DNA of 64,000 nt from an uncultured delta proteobacterium. Its GTDB lineage: Bacteria > Desulfobacterota > Binatia > HRBIN30 > BPIQ01. The position numbers and the translations under genes were made by a program. Where the stretch lies: assembly GCA_963761335.1 (NCBI GenBank), contig CAVXGR010000012.1, positions 790,602-854,601 on the forward strand. The letters run 5' to 3'. Below the pieces are notes generated by a model. That model was not told the origin of the DNA. It saw nothing but the letters and a program-made list of their open reading frames with translations, and made no database searches. Below, in pieces: positions 59,887 through 64,000 of this stretch (positions are counted from its first letter, which is position 1; each line of letters begins with the position of its first letter).

Positions 59887-60102
59887 AGCGCGCAAGCGGC
59901 GCAAGCCATTGCGAATGACCGAGATCCCCTGGGCCGCATGGGATCCGGCGTCGGCGTGCGCCTGTTACCGGCGCGCGCGCCACATCTCGACTCTACCCCC
60001 CGGCCCGGCCTCCCGCGAAAGGCACCGAGCATCATCGCGACTCATGCAACCGCGGATGACGCGGAGCGCGAGGCGGATGGAGGTCACCGAGTGATTCGGC
60101 TG

Positions 60103-61569
60103 CTATTTTGTCGACACCTTCGTAACAAAGCCGTGGGCGCGACCCGCTTCCGAGGCGACATAGTAGACCTCGTCCTTCCCCACCATGATGTGAGCAAGGC
60201 TAGGCTTCGTGGCGGCAACTTCTACCCGAGCCAGCTCTTCGCCCGAACTGAGGTCAACGACCACCAGGTACGCCATGCAGCCGGTTTGCGAGGCATCGGG
60301 GCAGCTCCGATCGTCGGTGTACAGTCGATCAGTGCCCACGACCATCGCCGCACCCAGGGAAACGTCGAGGTTCTCGTTCACCCATATGTTCTCGAATGAG
60401 CCCCCCTCGCCGATGCGCCAGGCGGCGAGACGTCCGTTGACGGCGTCTTGGGCAACGACGATCCCGTTCTCGACCGGGTTGCCCGCGAGCAAGGTAAAGC
60501 TGCCGCCGGGCGCGGATGTCCCGGTGGCATTGACGCTCTGCGGAGGCGCTGTGCCGTTCGTAGTGGATTGAGAGAAGAGCTCCAGCGGCGCGGTAACGCC
60601 GTAGAGGACCGTGTTGTTGTTCGGGAACAAAACGGCGTTCGCCGACCCCAGGTTCACCATCCCCACTCCACCAGTCGTTCCGTCGTCAGTCGTCCTGTAA
60701 GTCTTGGACCAGGCGGGATCGAGGTCGAATGCATCATCAGATGCCACGAATCGCAGAGTCTCCGTGGGGCCGGGCAGATAGACGTACTCCGTCGAGCCCG
60801 TCATTGCTGTCGTCATGCGTGCCGTTCCAAGAGTCCCCTCCGCCATGGCCTTGATCTCGAAACTCTTCGCGTCGACTCGGACGAGCAATCCGGTCGAATC
60901 ATGCGTGCCGGTTTTCATCACCAAGTCACCGTTTCTCGTCGAGACCTGCAAACTGTTGTAGACCGTCGAGCCCGGGCTCGTGCTGTCGAGCGGCAGATCG
61001 AGTGATCTCCGGACCGCGAGGGAATCCGGATCGATCTCATACAGGGTTGCAGTCGCGATGACGTACACCCATCCGTTCGCATGCGCGACGATGCCGCCCG
61101 GATAGTTCGGCGTGTTGCCTCTTGGCAATACCAAGGTCTGCGCCGTCATCGTCTTCGTATCGATCTTCGCGACGTACGGGTCCACGAGCTCATTCTCGAC
61201 GAAGCCCGTCACCAGATCGACCAGCGTCGAGAGGTTGCGATCCGGCGGAGTGTTGCCCTGCGCCAAGGTGAACAGATCAAGAAGGAACGGAGTCCCTCCC
61301 AACACGAAGAGAGTGTCGTCGGAATATACGATCGAGAAAAACGGCACCGGCCCCAGCTCGACAGCCTCGGCAACGAGATCTTCGCTTCGCACATCCGCGG
61401 GGAGGCCGCCGCTCGATACGGTGCTGGACCGCCACGTGTCGGCGGTCGGCACGGGCCAGAATGAATCGTGCAGGAACGATCGAGCCGAGCCAACCGACGC
61501 CCCGTCATCGTCACCACATCCCGACGCGAGGATCAGCGAAAGTGCGACTACAGCGACGTGCTTGTTGAT
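60103..61569 (-). CDS. Putative beta-rich lipoprotein; apparent start codon is ATC
   Basis: In-frame extension INKHVAVVALSLILASGC after GGAGG. Confidence 0.65.
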   Translation of the reverse strand: MNKHVAVVALSLILASGCGDDDGASVGSARSFLHDSFWPVPTADTWRSSTVSSGGLPADVRSEDLVAEAVELGPVPFFSIVYSDDTLFVLGGTPFLLDLFTLAQGNTPPDRNLSTLVDLVTGFVENELVDPYVAKIDTKTMTAQTLVLPRGNTPNYPGGIVAHANGWVYVIATATLYEIDPDSLAVRRSLDLPLDSTSPGSTVYNSLQVSTRNGDLVMKTGTHDSTGLLVRVDAKSFEIKAMAEGTLGTARMTTAMTGSTEYVYLPGPTETLRFVASDDAFDLDPAWSKTYRTTDDGTTGGVGMVNLGSANAVLFPNNNTVLYGVTAPLELFSQSTTNGTAPPQSVNATGTSAPGGSFTLLAGNPVENGIVVAQDAVNGRLAAWRIGEGGSFENIWVNENLDVSLGAAMVVGTDRLYTDDRSCPDASQTGCMAYLVVVDLSSGEELARVEVAATKPSLAHIMVGKDEVYYVASEAGRAHGFVTKVSTK

Positions 61570-61657
61570 GATTCCTCCCTTTTGGCGGCATCGACCGGCG
61601 ATCCGTTGAAGAGCGACCCCTGCGCGGCACTTCCTCAGCTCGTCGAGGTTGCCGCGC

Positions 61658-61942
61658 TTAGTTGCCGTATTGCGCCTTCAGCAGCGTGTCGACGCCCGCG
61701 TCGTGCGTCGCGATGAGGCACCCGGCCGTTCCGTCGGGCGACACGACCTCGTCGAGGGTCTCGCCGCAGGTAGCAAGAGCGCCGACCAGTGCGTCGGTGC
61801 ACTTGTCAGCGACCTGCCTCCGGACTGTCGTGTCTGTGATGGGAATGTAGTGGAGGTGGTTTGCCGAGGCCTCCACTGCGAGAAGGCAAAGCAGAGCCGC
61901 CATCGGCAAGACACGCAAGGACGAAGTCACCAACCGTTTCAT
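61658..61942 (-). CDS. Small secreted protein
   Basis: AAGGGG RBS, signal peptide ending ASA. Confidence 0.6.
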   Translation of the reverse strand: MKRLVTSSLRVLPMAALLCLLAVEASANHLHYIPITDTTVRRQVADKCTDALVGALATCGETLDEVVSPDGTAGCLIATHDAGVDTLLKAQYGN

Positions 61943-62001
61943 GTTTTCCCCCTTCCGAGCTTTCCTGTTGGATTGCTAGTATGAGCTATGTCCGAACGGT
62001 G

Positions 62002-62117
62002 TGGGTTTTACTCCGGTATCATGGACGGTTGAGTCACGTAGCTTGCTCGATCTTTCTTGCTCTTCTCGGGTTGTGAAACCGTTCGATGTAGTCGAACACA
62101 TCTGCTCGGGCCTCCCC
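62002..62117 (-). mobile_element. IS3-family right-end remnant
   Basis: EARADVFDYIERFHNPRR followed by an IR-like end ...CCGGAGTAAAACCCA. Confidence 0.7.
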
Positions 62118-62245
62118 AGGGTCGGCGCAAGAATAGTTCATTCGCAAGCGGCGTTGAAGGCGCGGTGCTTGGCCGATCCGGACATTCCCTTTGCCAAACT
62201 CGCCATTTCTTGCTCTTCATATTCCTTCATGGATCGGCGCGACGT

Positions 62246-63280
62246 ATGACCGGCCCCTCGAAGACGACGTCCACCATGGGGAATTGGGTCCACGCAATCA
62301 CTCGCTGCCTGGATGCACAGGGAGTCGACGGCACGGAGATCGCGCTGCAGGCCGGGGTCACGCCGCAAGCGATCCGCAACCCGGAGATCCGTGTCCCACA
62401 ACCGGTTGTCACGCAGCTTTGGCACAAGGCCGTCGAGGTAACGGGCGACCCTTGTTTTGGGCTTGCCGTACCGCGTTACATCACACCAAACACTTTCGGA
62501 GCGTTCGCTCACAGCCTGTTCGCCAGCCCCAGCCTCTCGGCAGTTTTCCGGCGCATCGTTCGCTATCACGCGTTCGTCACCAGCGGGGCGACGCCGCGGT
62601 TCGAGCTCGACGCCGACCGGGTTCACTTTCTATGCGTCGCCGATCCGACCCGCGAGCCTGCCCCCGCATCGATCGATGCGTTCTTTCTGATGATCGTTCG
62701 CATGGTGAAGTTCTTGACCGGGGAGTGGAGGGTCGAGCCTCTCGCTATTCGCCTTAGGCGTGCGGAGCCGGCTGGCTCCGGGCGTTTCCAAAAGGCATTC
62801 CGCCAGCCGGTCGAGTTCGGGTCGGCGAGCAACGTTCTCGAATACGCCCGGGCTGATGGCGAGCGAGCGCTGCCGGATGCCGATGCGACCGTCGCGCAGC
62901 AAAACGATCGGATCGTAGCTCGTCAGCTCGAAGCCATCGGCCAGCAGACATTGTCGGCCCGCGTTTTGCGCGAGCTGCTCATGATCCTACCGGAAGGCCC
63001 GAGTGAGGCCACCGTCGCACGTCGCACCTGTCTCAGCCAAAGGCACCTGCATCGCCTGCTCGCCGAAGAAGGCACCAGCTATCGAACCCTCCTGAACGAG
63101 GCCCGTACCGAGATTGCTCGCAGCCATCTGCGCGATGGACGTTACTCGATCAAAGAGATTGCCTATCTGCTCGGATTCTCCGATGCGGCGACCTTCTCGC
63201 GGGCCTTCAAAACCTGGACGGGCAACTCTCCCCGCCGCTACGCGAGCAGTAGGGCATGCGCCGTAGGGGATTCGACGTAG
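62246..63280 (+). CDS. AraC-family transcriptional regulator
   Basis: SIKEIAYLLGFSD...FSRAFKTWTG.SP. Confidence 0.92.
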   Translation: MTGPSKTTSTMGNWVHAITRCLDAQGVDGTEIALQAGVTPQAIRNPEIRVPQPVVTQLWHKAVEVTGDPCFGLAVPRYITPNTFGAFAHSLFASPSLSAVFRRIVRYHAFVTSGATPRFELDADRVHFLCVADPTREPAPASIDAFFLMIVRMVKFLTGEWRVEPLAIRLRRAEPAGSGRFQKAFRQPVEFGSASNVLEYARADGERALPDADATVAQQNDRIVARQLEAIGQQTLSARVLRELLMILPEGPSEATVARRTCLSQRHLHRLLAEEGTSYRTLLNEARTEIARSHLRDGRYSIKEIAYLLGFSDAATFSRAFKTWTGNSPRRYASSRACAVGDST

Positions 63281-63443
63281 GGGATTCTGCGGGGTCGGGA
63301 CCTGGGTCTACCATCGGGAAACGAGAGGAGTAGAGAGCTCTCCACGAGCTGACGCTCAGAGCGAGGAGGGCGGGGTGCGGCCCCTTCGAGATGGGCCTCT
63401 ACCACGGCGCTTGCGCGCGGCGCGCCCCGCCGGAAGACGTTCC

Positions 63444-63612
63444 CTAGCAGCCCGTTGAAAAACAGGATGGCTACTCCGGGCGGGCATTTTGCGCCAGCTC
63501 TTCGTTGCCGAATCCTCGACAAAACCAGCCAGTTTGCCTCCGGTTCGGCGCCTCGATCTGGCGCAAAATCCCTCGCCCTCGCTACGCCGCCTGTTCTTCA
63601 ACGGACTGCTAG
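63444..63612. mobile_element. MITE-like element
   Basis: Terminal IRs CTAGCAGCCCGTTGAAAAACAGG match at 21/23; internal IR ATTTTGCGCCAG. Confidence 0.75.
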
Positions 63613-64000
63613 GTGCGCCCCCTCCATTTTCCGTGGGCAGACCTCATGGCAACGGTGTCGTGGGCGGCGGCTCCACCGAAAGGACCGGAACAAGCCGAGC
63701 TTCGGAGAGCCGAAGTCGCGCTGCCGCGTGGTGGTCATCGAAGGCTCTCGATCACCACCAGCGCGAGACCAAAGAGCATGACGCCGGCGTACCCAGAGCG
63801 CCGAGGGTGTTGGCGAGGCATGCACGGCGGAGATCACGGCGCGGGTTCGGCGATGATACCCCCGATCCACGCGGGTCTCGTCGCGGGTTGCGAGTCGGAT
63901 CGGAGCTGTGCTTTCGGGCCTTACGACCGGCGGCTTTCCATAGTCAAATAATTGTTCCAATAGACGGATGTCGGGCCATGGAGAGACAAGAAGGAGGGCG

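Overview
GC-rich bacterial chromosome segment; gene style suggests a deltaproteobacterial or Binatota-like lineage (inference). Left to right: two tandem secreted FGE-sulfatase/C-type-lectin paralogs whose C-termini differ in a pattern typical of diversity-generating retroelement (DGR) targets, with no RT or template repeat in the window; an IS66; a deletion-collapsed duplicate of the 10.9-13.9 kb region carrying a sigma54-like promoter ahead of an Anbu protease, amidohydrolase and transglutaminase operon; phnW and an internally deleted phosphonatase-like gene; glycogen phosphorylase; an operon of PqqD/RRE, HPr-kinase-like kinase, two GT2s and a nucleotidyltransferase beside tRNA-Ser; a surface-glycan locus with a B12 radical SAM and IPTL-CTERM and other secreted proteins; mixed metabolic genes; an orphan vapC; tRNA-Leu(TAA) followed by a decayed island (Anp1-like GT, Fic); a second, broken tRNA-Leu 5' exon with the start of a group I intron; a partly deleted ars operon; an AraC regulator; an IS3 scar and a MITE. 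Product calls come from motif recognition only; no database search was run.
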